A stretch of 63,661 nt of DNA, the filler included, from Lenisia limosa (taxonomy: Eukaryota; Protista; Breviatea), in assembly GCA_001655205.1 (NCBI GenBank). It is 7 parts of 7 records of this genome, joined end to end, with 100 filler letters (N's around TTAATTAATTAA, not from the genome) between each part and the next. Parts side by side here need not be neighbours in the genome. Positions count along the whole stretch, not along the records: positions 1 to 5,146 come from LPNZ01010117.1; positions 5,247 to 23,043 come from LPNZ01009739.1; 5 more parts are not named here. One strand, written 5' to 3'. Of the stretch, positions 1 through 11,787 are shown piece after piece. A program made the translations under genes and the position numbers. The first letter of the stretch is position 1, and each line of letters opens with the position of its first letter. Under the pieces are notes generated by a model. It ran no database searches, was not told where the DNA came from, and worked only from the letters and a program-made list of their open reading frames with translations.

Positions 1-54
1 CTATGTTTTTTTTTTTTTCCAAGATCCTTGTTCAAAAAAAATAATGCTCTTCAG

Positions 55-1165
55 CTGCCGAAATTTCAAAGGAGACTCTGGCGCAATACATTGCGTTCGC
101 GCGCGAAGAGGTGAGTAGTATTATCGGCTCATCTAAAGATGGGAGGGGGGGTATCTTTAGCTTCTGTAGTAAAGTGATAAAAGTGTTATTTTTGTGTGTA
201 TTATCTGAAAGTACAGTGTCCGCGATAAGGACTGACACGATGGATGATGAAAAAAGCATCGTCCGATTTTCAACATCATCTTTATTTTTTACATATCCTC
301 CAACCATTTTCAACATTATCATTTTTTTTTTTTTATTCCCAAAACATGCCTAACCACCATATAGGTGTCCCCGGTACTAACTGAGGACGCTTCGTCTTGC
401 CTTGTGGAAAATTACCTCGAAATGAGAAAGAGCGGTACTTCAGGAAAGACCATTACTGCTACTCCGAGACAGGTAGAATTTAGGAATTGTGAAAATTTCA
501 GGAATTGTAAAAATCTAATTTTGGTATTAGCGAGTCGGATTGTGTTGATTGCTTCACTCCGATCCTGATAATGACTGGATTTCTCAATCAATTTTGATCA
601 TCTCAACATCCACAAATTCGGTTTTCTATGCATCTCATACAAATCCGCAAATATTCCGTTTTCCTTCGCTGACTCATCAGCTTGAGTCAATGATCCGTAT
701 TTCCGAAGGCCTGGCTCGGATGCACTTCCGATCCGAAGTGCTGAGAAGTGACGTCATCGAGGCCGTTCGTCTCATGAAGGCCGCTCTCCAGGTAGGGGAG
801 GGGTGGAATATGGGTGGCTGTGTGTTAATGTTATCAAAGCCGTTCACTTTCTGAAAAGGCTCTGGGTCAGTTAATCCTAGTCTATCGGGGGGTGGGGGTA
901 GAAGGGGATGAGTTTTGACATATTTTCCCAACTAAAAAGCAAGGTCTTTTGTATCGTAGTTTCATTAAATTTTCGTTTGTTTTTTTGTTGGTTTGGAGTT
1001 TCAGTTCGTGATTAGTACCTTTGCGCCAATATTCTTCATCAAAATTTCCTTCGTTTTACTCACCCCCCATTTTGTGCGCCACTTTCCCATTTTACCCCCC
1101 AGGTTGGTGCTACAGACCAAACGACAGGCGCCATTCTGATGGATGATGCCAAGGCGAGGCAGTGA
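55..1165 (+). CDS. MCM4: DNA replication licensing factor MCM4, 3' part (4 exons: ~55-110, 365-472, 681-791, 1103-1165)
   Basis: Phase-0 GT-AG exons splice to AEISKETLAQYIAFAREE-VSPVLTEDASSCLVENYLEMRKSGTSGKTITATPRQ-LESMIRISEGLARMHFRSEVLRSDVIEAVRLMKAALQ-VGATDQTTGAILMDDAKARQ*. ITATPRQLES..R.SE (arginine-finger/sensor II region) plus ATD..TG is the MCM4 pattern. Confidence 0.88.
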
Positions 1166-1571
1166 TGAGTGTATATTTTGTATATTATGAAGGTCTTTCA
1201 ATTGGCACTGTGTGACTCTTTGTAACCAACTTATTTCTAAAATAAAGAAGATTTTGTTCAGTATGACAATCAGAACATTTGTTCTCTTACGTCACAATTA
1301 CTGTCTACAAAATTGCCACTGAAACAATTCTTTCAGTCCATTCAGAATCTTTGGCATATCAGATATGTCAATGAAATAAACTAATCGCACGCGAGTACTT
1401 CTATATAATAAGAAGTATGACTGTTCCACCATTACAAACCCTGCTAAATATAGCTCATCAATTCTATACCAATTGAAATTACCATAAAATGTAAGATACA
1501 GGAAACAATTCTATTAAATCAAAACAAAACAAAGCACCACCAGTGCAATAAAAAAAGAGAGATAGACTCAC

Positions 1572-1903
1572 GAAAACGCTCTCAGCTGCTCCCTTCGACG
1601 ACGTGAAGCCTCCAACAAGGCTGAATCTGAGGGACTTGGCTCGGGCCTGAAGTATTAAGAAGACTTCAACTTTTTGTTCAAAAAATACTCTCGACTATGA
1701 CACTCAAGTCGAAGGTTCGATTTATATCTACTTGTGCCCCCAATGACCGCCATTGAAGTCGAAATGGTAAAAAGATAGCATGAGTGGTCATCCCAAGTTT
1801 AACTGAAAGGCCTCATTTCAGTAATTTATCGAGAAATTAAGTCCATTTTCGTCACGAAGTGAAGCCCAACTTGTTGGTCAATTATTCCGAGTGGCTTGAG
1901 GTC
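1572..1903 (-). CDS. Hypothetical protein, partial exons
   Basis: Exon-like segments with splice signals (e.g. PEPSPSDSALLEASRRRREQLRAF ending at a GTGAG donor at 1571). Phases could not be fully reconciled. Confidence 0.3.
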
Positions 1904-2667
1904 TTTGCGTGGAAAACTATCCCAAAAAGTGACATGAATAATACGTGTGTTATGGTTAAGTCGGTAAAATATCGATATTTGTCGAGGTTTTATCGAGAAT
2001 TTCAGTCTTTTTTTGGGACCGGAGGGAAGCCATAGTTATGATGTTAAAAAAAAAACATAAGCTGTGGTGGCGCGAAAAGTTAGACTGATTGATAAATAAT
2101 AAATCTGTGAAAATCGATTTATGACTTTGACTATGTAAAATCCTTTCCACCCCCCCCCCCCCNNNNNNNNNNNNNNNNNNNNNNNNNNNNNNNNNNNNNN
2201 NNNNNNNNNAAAACATTTGCCAAGAGCAGCATCCTCTTCAGAACGCACAAACAGTGCAATAATTTACTATACCTCTAGATTAAACCGCTGCCTTTAAAAC
2301 TAAAATATATGCTTACTACATAAAATCGTGTGATTCGGGGAGGTGAGCGCCAAGGAGCGTGGGCGCGGAGGTATGGTAATTTGTTTGATATCACATGTAT
2401 TTATTTGTTTCCCTGGATTTTTAAAGTATATTATTTCTCTTGCTCAAAAAAATCGTGACAATCCATTGCTTACGTTCCCTTCTCGGTGTATGCCTTGATA
2501 CTCGTGAACGTTTTGCGAAGCATTGCCTTGTATTCGTCTAGAAAATGAGAGAAGATGGGGGGAGGGGACTTATAGAAAGAGGGGGAGGGATTTCGAACCA
2601 TATTTTTGAAATGTGGGATGGGGGGCTTATCGAAGTAAAAATAAAGCAAACTGAATCATCATCCATG

Positions 2668-5034
2668 TCATGATATCAAGCATTCCAGATCCGCATCCGT
2701 ACTCAGAGAAGTTGCCTTGGCCTCCATTTTGGCCTCGAATGTCGTGGATAGTTCTCGTATTCGCCAGTTAACAACGGAGAGAGAGCCTGATTCGGCGTTA
2801 CTCGCGAGGACCGATGACAGGGCGTTGATGGTGTTTTCGCTGGACGGTAAAAGGTGGACCATTTATTATGGCTAAATATGGGAATCCCATGCAAATATAA
2901 AATTGAATTACCAAATACTACATATACTATATACATGTATAATCCCAAGTCGATGTGCTGTAGTAACTGTACATATCCTTACCCAAACCCACCGATGCTT
3001 GATTTTGAGCCCCTCAATGGGAGACTCTGAAATGGACGAAAATGACTCAGTAGAAGAATGGGTATTTGAATATTGGGTATTGGAAGAGGGGTACTTTGGA
3101 GCGAAGGGTGTAAGGCTCGGGTCTAATGGAGGCGATGCGTGGTTTGCATTGTTTTGTGACGGATTGCCAACACGAGCAGGTGGCTTGAAGGGTTTGTTGG
3201 GACTTGTTTCGAAGGAGGACGGGGGCGGAGGTTCATCATCGATGGGCGAGATGTGGCGTGTGGGGAGAATTAGAGGTTTTCGAGTGGAGGAAGCAGAGAC
3301 AAATCCAGTGGTAGACGACGGGGCTTGGTTGAGATAAAGCGTTTTGTTGATGGAAGGCTTCTGCGAGGGGTCAGACTGACCAGGCACCTTGTGTTCCATA
3401 GAATCTCCCATTGAGTTGACAGACAAGCGTCGTTCGGAGTTTCTGGAGGAGTCAGACTCGAGTTTAGACTCGCAAAAACCACTTGAGTTCACATACACTC
3501 TGGAAGAATCAGACTGGATGGTGCGCGTGATTGACGCCACTTTGCCTGCCGAGGCGCGAAGTAACGACGGCGGCTTGAACTGGGTCTTGGCACTTGCCGA
3601 GGCTGGGGTGTCAATTGTCCCGGTACGGCGGCGGAGGGATCCCTGGGAATTTAGCTGGGGGTATCTTCGATAAATAATGATATTCAACAGGGTTTTTTCC
3701 GGACCATAGGGAATATAGTGTTCTATTCATACGTATCCGAAGTCGACGAGCAGCAGCATTGTGCCTGGTACTTCACTTCGGTTCGAAAAAAGACTGAATT
3801 TCTCGATAAGTCCTCGAAAACTTTCGATATTATACTGGTCTTTTTCGAGACGAAGTGAAGCACTAATTGTGCCCACCAACCTTAGGCTTTGGTTTGTTGG
3901 CATTTTGGACGATTTTGGCCTTGAGGGCCGCCATACCCGATACTTCAGGTCTCTCGATGATCCCCCTTCCAACATGCTTGCCTGTAAGGAGGGGGGGTGA
4001 GGGATTAACGGAGGTGACGGTAAGGACGTAAAAAGATGAAAAAAAAAACAACTCTGTTTGAGGGCAAGTCATGGTGTTGAGGGGGTGAGATCCTTATCAG
4101 ATCCGGCTCCGTGAAAATAATTATTTGTAGATATAATTGACGAAAATCAATAGGGTTTCGTCACAATAAGTCACATGTTACAATTCATTAATTTACTATT
4201 TGATTGCACGAAGTCTGTGTCATATATCAGATGTAAATAACGACAATGATGTGAAGGAAATAAAAATAGTATTAAATGCAGAAGTGTGTTTAACAACGGG
4301 TTTTTTTTCAGAAATGGCTCTATGGTGGGCTTGTGTTTTGGTCTTTAGACCTTAAACACGGGAAGTCCAACATGGTTGTCCTCCTGACACTGCAAATTAT
4401 GGCTAAATACAACATTAATCTATGAGTATACAAATTTGAAAATAAAAAATACGAGGTTGAATGTGATAATCCATCTCTTACTAAACCTCAGAATTTGTAT
4501 AAGTGAGATAAACAGTTGGAAGGAAGATGAAGAAGGTCCAATCGAACCCTTTAACCCCACCGGCATACCGACTAACGAGGGTGGGTTGAAGGCGGTTTTC
4601 GATGAAGCTCTACCCCTTGAAAGGGCACTGGAAGTTACCATGACGCTTGCAGGAAGGAAACCTGGAATTTCAGGGTAGGGCTTGAACCTGGTACGAAAAA
4701 GATTTGACAAAACATCGATATTTATCGTGAATTCATCCCTTCTGGAACCGAAAATGAAGCTCAAAAACAACATATCGTACCACATTCACCTTAATAAATG
4801 GCGAACATCATTGAATCAGAAATAACTCAAATATTATGATGTTTCGTTCATGTATATAATATTATCTTACTTTCAAACAAAAACTCAACATACCATCACC
4901 GCATTCATCATCATCAGAGGCAACCATCGAATCAAACGGCCTAGCTTCAACAATTCCCGCGCTATCTTCTTCATCATGGTCAAGAAGACTGTCGCGTTTT
5001 GCCCGTCCGGAGTATAGGCTTCTTTTCTTGGGTG
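2668..5034 (-). CDS. Hypothetical Ser/Pro-rich multi-exon protein, 5' end off contig
   Basis: Exons with GT-AG ends: PKKRSLYSGRAKRDSLLDHDEED (5034-4898), FKPYPEIPGF (~4689), GKHVGRGIIERPEVSGMAALKAKIVQ (~3985-3884), a long S/P-rich exon (~3650-2990) and terminal ENTINALSS...LECLIS*. Confidence 0.65.
3770..3863. mobile_element. MITE family A (ACTT subfamily), intronic
   Basis: CTTCACTTCGGTTCGAAAAAAGAC...GGTCTTTTTCGAGACGAAGTGAAGCAC followed by TA; imperfect terminal inverted repeats around a TCGA-rich core. Confidence 0.8.
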
Positions 5035-5190
5035 CTGAATGAGTCAGAATTGTGAGTGTTTTGTAAGAGCTTCCCTTTTGGTTCCAAATATATGCTGCTG
5101 CACCAAAACCGTGTCATTAATTCAGAAACCGTGTCATTAATTCAGANNNNNNNNNNNNNNNNNNNNNNNNNNNNNNNNNNNNNNNNNNNN

Positions 5191-5202
5191 TTAATTAATT
5201 AA
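5191..5202. other. Artificial contig linker TTAATTAATTAA in N padding (also 23088-23099, 29281-29292, 30864-30875, 60830-60841, 62381-62392)
   Basis: An identical 12-mer with stops in all six frames sits in the middle of N runs six times. Confidence 0.97.
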
Positions 5203-5576
5203 NNNNNNNNNNNNNNNNNNNNNNNNNNNNNNNNNNNNNNNNNNNNACACCTTTCCCTCCATACATATTGTGATAGATACAAAAAAAAAATAACTTCACG
5301 GTGTTTTTTAGGCTATTTCATAAATATACATGTATATGTATAAAAAAAAAACACTTTGTAGAAAAACCACGCCTTCCATTGCTCTAGGAACTTCCAAAAA
5401 CGTAGATGATATAAAATAACACAACAGAGGCCCAATATACACAAAAGAAACTTCAGAATGGCCCAATATACACTTCCCGAGATATAATGTCGAACAACGC
5501 CATTTGGCGAGATTTTTTTCATCGAGGGTTGGACAAACTATTCAGCAAAACAGTTCAACAACTTTTCTACAACATA

Positions 5577-5654
5577 CAGTGACAGGGATAAGTCTTGACC
5601 GATTTGCTATGTGAATTACCAAGGAAAATAGGTCAAGACTTATACCTGTCACTG
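5577..5654. mobile_element. MITE family D (Tc1/mariner-like CAGTG ends, TA flanks)
   Basis: TA-CAGTGACAGGGATAAGTCTTGACC...GGTCAAGACTTATACCTGTCACTG-TA; ~24 bp TIR. A related 43-bp copy lies at 54619-54661. Confidence 0.8.
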
Positions 5655-5692
5655 TATATACAGTATATATGTAAACATCACGGTTACCAGTA

Positions 5693-5789
5693 GGGCTTCC
5701 CTATCGTCCCAAAAAAAGACTGAATTTCTCGATAAATTCTCGATAAATATCGACATTTTGACGGTCTTTTTCGAGCCGTAGGGAAGCCC
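5693..5789. mobile_element. MITE family A (CCTA subfamily), near-complete copy
   Basis: TA-GGGCTTCCCTATCGTCCCAAAAAAAGAC...GGTCTTTTTCGAGCCGTAGGGAAGCCC; ~28 bp imperfect TIR. About 18 full or partial copies occur in the window. Confidence 0.85.
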
Positions 5790-6503
5790 TGTTAAAAGAG
5801 ATATTCGCTCATACCCCCCTCCCTTCCCCTACAGCGGGTTTTGCGTAGCGGTCTTGGTTGAGGAGTTGAAGAGTGGGTGAAGTCATGATTTGGGAAATGG
5901 GAGAGGATCTGAACCGTAAGCTCCGAGGGTTGAAAATGGATGGCCATTTGTGAAGAAAAAAAAAACAGCACTGCTGCCCAATACAACATTACACACACAC
6001 ACACGCGCGCGCGCTCACAGTCACAGACACACAAACACACACAAAAACAAAACATACACACAAAAACAAAAACATAACAAAACACAAAACATAAAAAAAG
6101 GGTAAAATTATAAACAACAACAACACAGAGGGAAAAAAGGAAACATAAGGCTAGGCCAATAGGAAAATCTGTTCAAGCTTGTTAATGAGAAATAATAAAG
6201 TAAGAATCTGGCCAAGACCGTTGACGTACATCAAGCTGATAAGAAAATATGAACATCATCTAAGAGGAATATTCACCAAGCTTGATATGCCAAGTTCGAC
6301 ATTTAAACATGTAATTCATCATGAACGCAGCTGTTTTACACACTGACTATGATAGGTCTTATCCGATATAATCATATTTCCTTGAGAAAAATCGTTTAAG
6401 ACTGTCTCTATCAACCCCCATTCTCGCTCTGCTTTAAACTCTCAATGAACCCATAACAAAATACAGGAAAGAGCTGAAAGAAAAACAGAAAGCAAGCACG
6501 AAC

Positions 6504-6943
6504 CTGTTGGGAGAGCTCCGAGCTGGAGAGGCAAGGTCAAGCGGTGGCGGTGATAACGGCCCTGATGGAGTGTACTCCTTCTCTAAGGGGAACAGAGGGG
6601 ACCGGTCAACAAATCCTCTGCGGGGATCGGGGGAAATTGGAGGGGTTGGCTGGCGACTCATTGCTGCCATATAGGTAGGCGATTTAACTTGGCTACGGCC
6701 TCCCGAAGGGGCGGAGCGAGGTCGATAGGTGGTAACATCTTCTAATGAAATAATGTGCGATATGAAGAATCCGCGGGGAGGTTCCGATGCGGTAAAGTGG
6801 TTAGCTATGGTCAAATCCAATAGAGTTTCCCAAATAAGCACCACATGCCTACTGCTTGGAGCAACAGTTGTGTTCGCAACACCTTTCGTTCGTTTACATC
6901 GCGGAGGCGTCATTAATAAATAGAACCTGCTATAGTTAGCCAA
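6504..6943 (-). CDS. Hypothetical Ser/Pro-rich protein exon
   Basis: Long open frame (…PRSAPSGGRSQVKSPTYMAAMSRQPTPPISPDPRRG…) ending at an AG|GTTCGT donor at 6503. Downstream exons are unresolved. Confidence 0.5.
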
Positions 6944-7798
6944 CAGGAGGTAACCGACAGGGCTTACAAGAAAAGATTGAGATGGAAACTACATTGTACA
7001 CCTGGTTTTTTATTTCATTTTGCATTTTCTTCATTAACAGTATTGACTCCAAAGTTTGTTTTACATTTTGAATAGATTTTTTTGAAAAAATTTTCAGTCA
7101 TCAGTCAGCTGCGGCACCGTACTTATTTTACATGATTTCGCAGTTCTCTTTGCTGCTCTTTAATCTTTTTTTGCCAACTTTTTGCCATAGAAAGAAGGAC
7201 TAAGAAGGAAAGAAGGAAAGAAGAAGAAGAAAGAAACAGAATACAAGAATTAAGGAAAGAGAAGTATTGACAGACGTTCATCCTCTTATTTCAAGTTATT
7301 AACAACCTCCTTGTTCTCCATGTGTTCTCTTTGTTAATGAGACAGAATTACGACGGTGAGCCGACTTTATGGAGAATGCCATGCATATAAACAAATTTAC
7401 TTCAAGCATTATGGCGTCTAGACAAAATTCCCTCTTCTCGGTTATCTTCCAATTCCAAGTTTCATGTGGGTGGGTAGTATGCTTGCAATAAACACTACAC
7501 TATGGCGCATTGACTTGGAACGCTTGTGAAAAGTTGGGATTCCATTATTTGCATGGGAGGACATTTATCTGTCAAATCTGACCATCTTATTCAAATTACC
7601 AGGGACACCGCATATGACAGCTGAAACAAATCGTTCACTGTTTATTTGAACACAATTAGACAATTAGAGCCCCTATGATCCTTGAACTAGTAAAAAAAGT
7701 CTATTAGGACGAATATATCACAAATATTTAAACATTGTTAATTATGATTATTTCAATCACCTTATTTCCAAAAATTCGAATTTTGATAACTCCTGAAG

Positions 7799-10700
7799 TC
7801 AATTCTGCATCAAAAATGCTACGAAGGGGACGTGGAGGTGGTGAAGGCTCTCTTAAAAAGCGGAACTAGAGATCTGGAAGCTAGCTCTGCTCAGGTAGGA
7901 AACTAATAACAAAGTTGCTCTCTCTGAATGGAGATCCACTTTCGGTAATAAAAATAAATTGAATTTATCAATTAATCCTCGAAAACTTTCAATATTTTTT
8001 ACCGTTTTTCACTCTTAGAAATAATATAATCTTAGAAGTAGTGGTTCACTTCGATCTAGAAAATATATGAATGTCTCGATAAATCATCGATATACTATAT
8101 CATATTATGTAGTATAGTATACTAGTAATTATATCTTTTTTATGTTATATTTCGATAGTTTCCCGATGGTGTTTGTACTAGAGTGAAGCCCTAAATAAGT
8201 ATGATACAGTTTCACCTTCAGGTCTCAGAAATATATTTAATAACGCACGTATTATTTTAAAGCATGTTTTTACCATGCAGTATGTGACCCCCTTACATAG
8301 GGCATGCCAGGGAGGCAGTCTAGAGATTGTACAGCTACTACTGGCTCATGGAGCCAAGGAAGATCCTGTTGATACTGATGTAGATGGGTCTGACGATATT
8401 GTTTTGGGGTCTGATGATGTGATGTGTAGATTGATGATGATGTGAGGTAGGGGTTCAATTAAGAAGGGTTAATTGTGTTGATGTATTACAAGACTTGTTG
8501 ATACCGATGCGGGTTACTGAGCTTCACAATATCAATTTCATCGAAATATTCATTTGTAAGTGAAGCGATTCAATAAGCATTTTCGTCACCCCACCACCTA
8601 CTTCAGAAATACCCACTTTTCTTTTTAGAGCTTCAACTAAGGTTCCAAAGAACTGATGAAATATCGATATTTATCGAAGATTTATCTTAAATTCAGTCTT
8701 TTTTTTTGTGAATATTACACTTGTGATTTTGTAGATTTACACTCCTCTCTTTTGGGCTGTGAAGTTTAACCGGAGTCCAGTGGTTCGGTTTTTCTTAGAA
8801 AAGGGCGCGAGTCCAAGCAGCCGTGGCGGGGNNNNNNNNNNNNNNNNNNNNNNNNNNNNNNNNNNNNNNNNNNNNNNNNNNNNNNNNNNNNNNNNNNNNN
8901 NNNNNNNNNNNNNNNNNNNNNNNNNNNNNNNNNNNNNNNNNAAGTTTCACATTATAAATATAAAAGACAATGTAAGGGAGGGGGATGTCCCTGCTGTGAA
9001 AGATGCTGATTAGGAATTGTTACTAACAACATTTTTCTATTGTCTAAAGTAATCCATTACCTTACTGTATTACAATACACTACGGCGCATTGACTTGGGT
9101 TTCTTATACAATTCTTCAAATTTCCATATTGCACCATGGGATTCCCATTAAAATAATGGGACTCAACTTTTTCAGAAGAATCAAGTCGAAAATCCTTTTT
9201 TCATCACATCCCAGTACATCACGCTGTTACATGCGGCCTGTTCTGTGAGCTTGAAAATGGTTGAGTTGGTAATCTCCTTCGGTGCTGATGTTCAACTACT
9301 GGACAATCTGGTTGGTGGAGTTGTGAGCCACTTTAGTTTCAAATCAAGATAATACAACAACTATAGGGGGATACCATAAAAACAAATTACCATTTTCCCG
9401 CGCCCACGCCTCTTGGCTCCCTCAAGACTAAGTTGCAATACAAATATCCAGGAAAAAGTAAAATTTCCGTATACTTTTTGTCGTTTCTCACGAAATACAC
9501 AGTTACTTGGCCACAGCAACTAGGCTTTGCTTCTTTTATGTTTCATTTTGTTTTTGTATTCTTTTTGTGTCTTTGTTTTGATTTGTTTTGATTTTGTGAT
9601 TTTTTTATGTTTGTTTATTTGTAAGATGAATGTTTTTTTCAGGTCAAACAGTTTTTTGATCCATAATTTTCAATACTTTTAGGAGGCTCGTTTTCATTTA
9701 ATTTCTTATATTTCCTCAGAACAGAAGCGCATTGTTTTATGTCACCGAAGACGGGCGCATTGTAGATCTTCTAGTCCATCTTGGAGTGGATGTTAACGGT
9801 GTCGATACTTTTGTAAGCACCACGGGAACCGTAAGAACTGATACTAATATTGAGCTTTGTCTTGTATTGGGCTTCCCTATGGTCCGAAAAAGACCTTTTA
9901 AATATCGAGATTTATGGAAGATTTATCGAGATATTCGGTCTTTTTGGGACCGTAGGGAACCAACCCATGTGCAATAGGAACGGTGGTGTTTTTGTTAAAA
10001 TATACTGAAATTAGAAGTTCACTTCGGTCAAAAAGACCGATAAATATCGGTAGTTTTCGAGGATTTATTGAGAAATGCAGACCAAAGTGAAGCCCTATCT
10101 GAAATCCTCTTCTTGACCATTTAGAATAGACCCCCTTTATCAACTGCCGCTCTCAAAGGAAGGTATGTAGCTATATATGTGTATGCATATCATATTATAT
10201 ATGTAGCCAAAATAGTTTGATCTCATTATCTATGTAGAAATGAGAAAAAAAATAAGATTATCAGGCCGAAGCCGTCCACACCATCATATTATCTAGCTAT
10301 ACTTGACATATCATATGTATGTATTTATAATGCAGGTATAGATGATATGTAATAGGATATGTGATATAAACGACTTCGACCAGACACAATCTTGTTTTGT
10401 ATCCCATCTCTCTACATAAAAAAAACACCAGATCAGCAGTTGTGAAAGCGCTGTTTGAACATGGCGCCAACATCAACCTGAAAACAGCATCGGTAAGGGA
10501 GTAAGGGGTAACGCTTAAATAATGGTCTTGGAAGGACTGAACTTAAGCCCTCCATTCCCCTTTATCCTAACGCCTGACAAATACACATAAAAAGCTGTGT
10601 GTGCAGAGATGTAAGGCAAAAGATTGCGTGAATTTATATAATACTATAATCCAATATCTCTCTTAGCGTGATGGTGTGGACGGCTTCGGTCAGACAACCT

Positions 10701-11667
10701 TGTTTTTTTTATTTCTCATTGCTATAGCTATAATATGTAGAGAATCCCTAAAGTAGCTCTTGTTAGGCACGTAGCAGTTTTGCTACTCTAGTGATCATTC
10801 ACCCCTGCCCCAGGGCGCAACACCTTTCGAAGAAGCGTGTCATGGAGGTCACGTGGACGTAGCTGATTTCCTAGCTCCTCCTCCAGGAACTGTCTCAAAC
10901 TCAAGATCTGATATCGAGGTTCTTGGGATCCTCGTAATAATATGCTTGTTGAGTCTTTGAGGAACAGATTTCATTTAACATTTAACCTGATCTTCAATAT
11001 CGCCAGCATAACGTGCTTATTGGGGACAAGATAATGAAATTTCATACCTGGTTTTTAGACAAATATTATATTAGGGAAGCCCTAATTATAACCTCTTCAG
11101 TCCAAAGCGCTGTTCTACGCCTGTTATGACGGGCAGCATCCAAACATTGTCGAGTACCTTGTCGACACTCGTTGGGTGGATGTTAACTCCACCAAGAACA
11201 AATATTGTGTAAGGTGGATGGACTGCCACACAAGTCTTGTCATACATTGTTGATTCTGGGTTTTGATTCATATATTTTCCATTTTCACTCTCCCTCAGAA
11301 TGAAACTCCCCTGTTTTGTGCTTGTGATGATGGCCACTCTGATATTGTGAAGTTTCTCATTTCCCGAGGAGCCAAAGTTAACATCAAGTCAAACTATGTA
11401 GGTAGCGATCCAATATCTCTTTTAGCGTGATGATGTGGTGGACGGCTTTGGTCAGATCTAACCTTCCCACATCTCTAGTACAGTCTTTTTTTACCTTAAA
11501 TTTCTACAGCGCGTAATGAAAGATGTTTGGATTAATAGTATCTTAATATGTAGAACAATGGCCAAACGCCCCTGCATTATGCAGTTGAACACCCATGCCT
11601 CAAGTCGATCATTCATCTCTTGGAGGCGGGTGCGAGTATCCATCTCAAAGACAAACACGTGGGCTAA
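7799..11667 (+). CDS. Ankyrin-repeat protein (~10 repeats), 5' end uncertain
   Basis: Exons 7799-7894, 8281-8379, 8735-~8833, 9215-9310, 9720-9812, 10125-10162+10432-10492, 10814-10918, 11101-11208, 11299-11397, 11554-11658. They encode repeats such as YVTPLHRACQGGSLEIVQLLLAHGAKED, NETPLFCACDDGHSDIVKFLISRGAKVN and GQTPLHYAVEHP. Confidence 0.92.
9869..9960. mobile_element. MITE family A; a second copy follows at 10015-10095 in the same intron
   Basis: GGGCTTCCCTATGGTCCGAAAAAGACC...GGTCTTTTTGGGACCGTAGGGAAC; the second copy ends GTGAAGCCC-TA. Confidence 0.8.
10232..10287 (+). repeat. Interspersed repeat family C (~75 bp); other copies at 10650-10730(-), 11408-11465(-), 15030-15090(+), 19275-19325(+), 62610-62690(-)
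   Basis: Shared core TC(T/A)G(A/G)CCGAAGCCGTCCACACCATCA preceded by AGAAATGAGAAA(A)n, in both orientations and all intronic. Confidence 0.8.
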
Positions 11668-11693
11668 TTATTTGTTAATCTTTTGTACTCTGA

Positions 11694-11787
11694 GGCGCAT
11701 CGACTTGGGATTCTTATGATAAGGTGGGATTCCTATTATTTCTATGGAAATCTAAAGAAATTTATGGGCTTCCCAAGTTCATGTGCC
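11694..11787. mobile_element. MITE family B; partial copies at ~2880-2965, 7497-7560, 9075-9150, 63290-63320
   Basis: GGCGCATCGACTTGGGA...TCCCAAGTTCATGTGCCG-TA inverted ends; the consensus left end TA-CGGCGCATTGACTTGGG is seen at 9080. Confidence 0.72.

Noticed and set aside
3670-3883. MITE family A as an Introner (intron-creating element)
   Set aside because: Element ends do not coincide with splice sites; copies sit tens of bases inside longer introns, sometimes two per intron.
4436-4678. Protein-like plus-strand ORF (WKEDEEGPIEPFNPTG...)
   Set aside because: It is the antisense shadow of a minus-strand exon that has a proper pyrimidine-rich acceptor and fits the 2668-5034 gene.
5106-5145. 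Perfect 20-bp tandem duplication AAACCGTGTCATTAATTCAG x2
   Set aside because: It lies at the very end of a contig and is most likely an assembly-end artefact.
5191-5202. Recurrent perfect TTAATTAATTAA palindromes
   Set aside because: They are always embedded in N padding: a synthetic six-frame-stop contig linker, not biology. Gene neighbourhoods across them were ignored.
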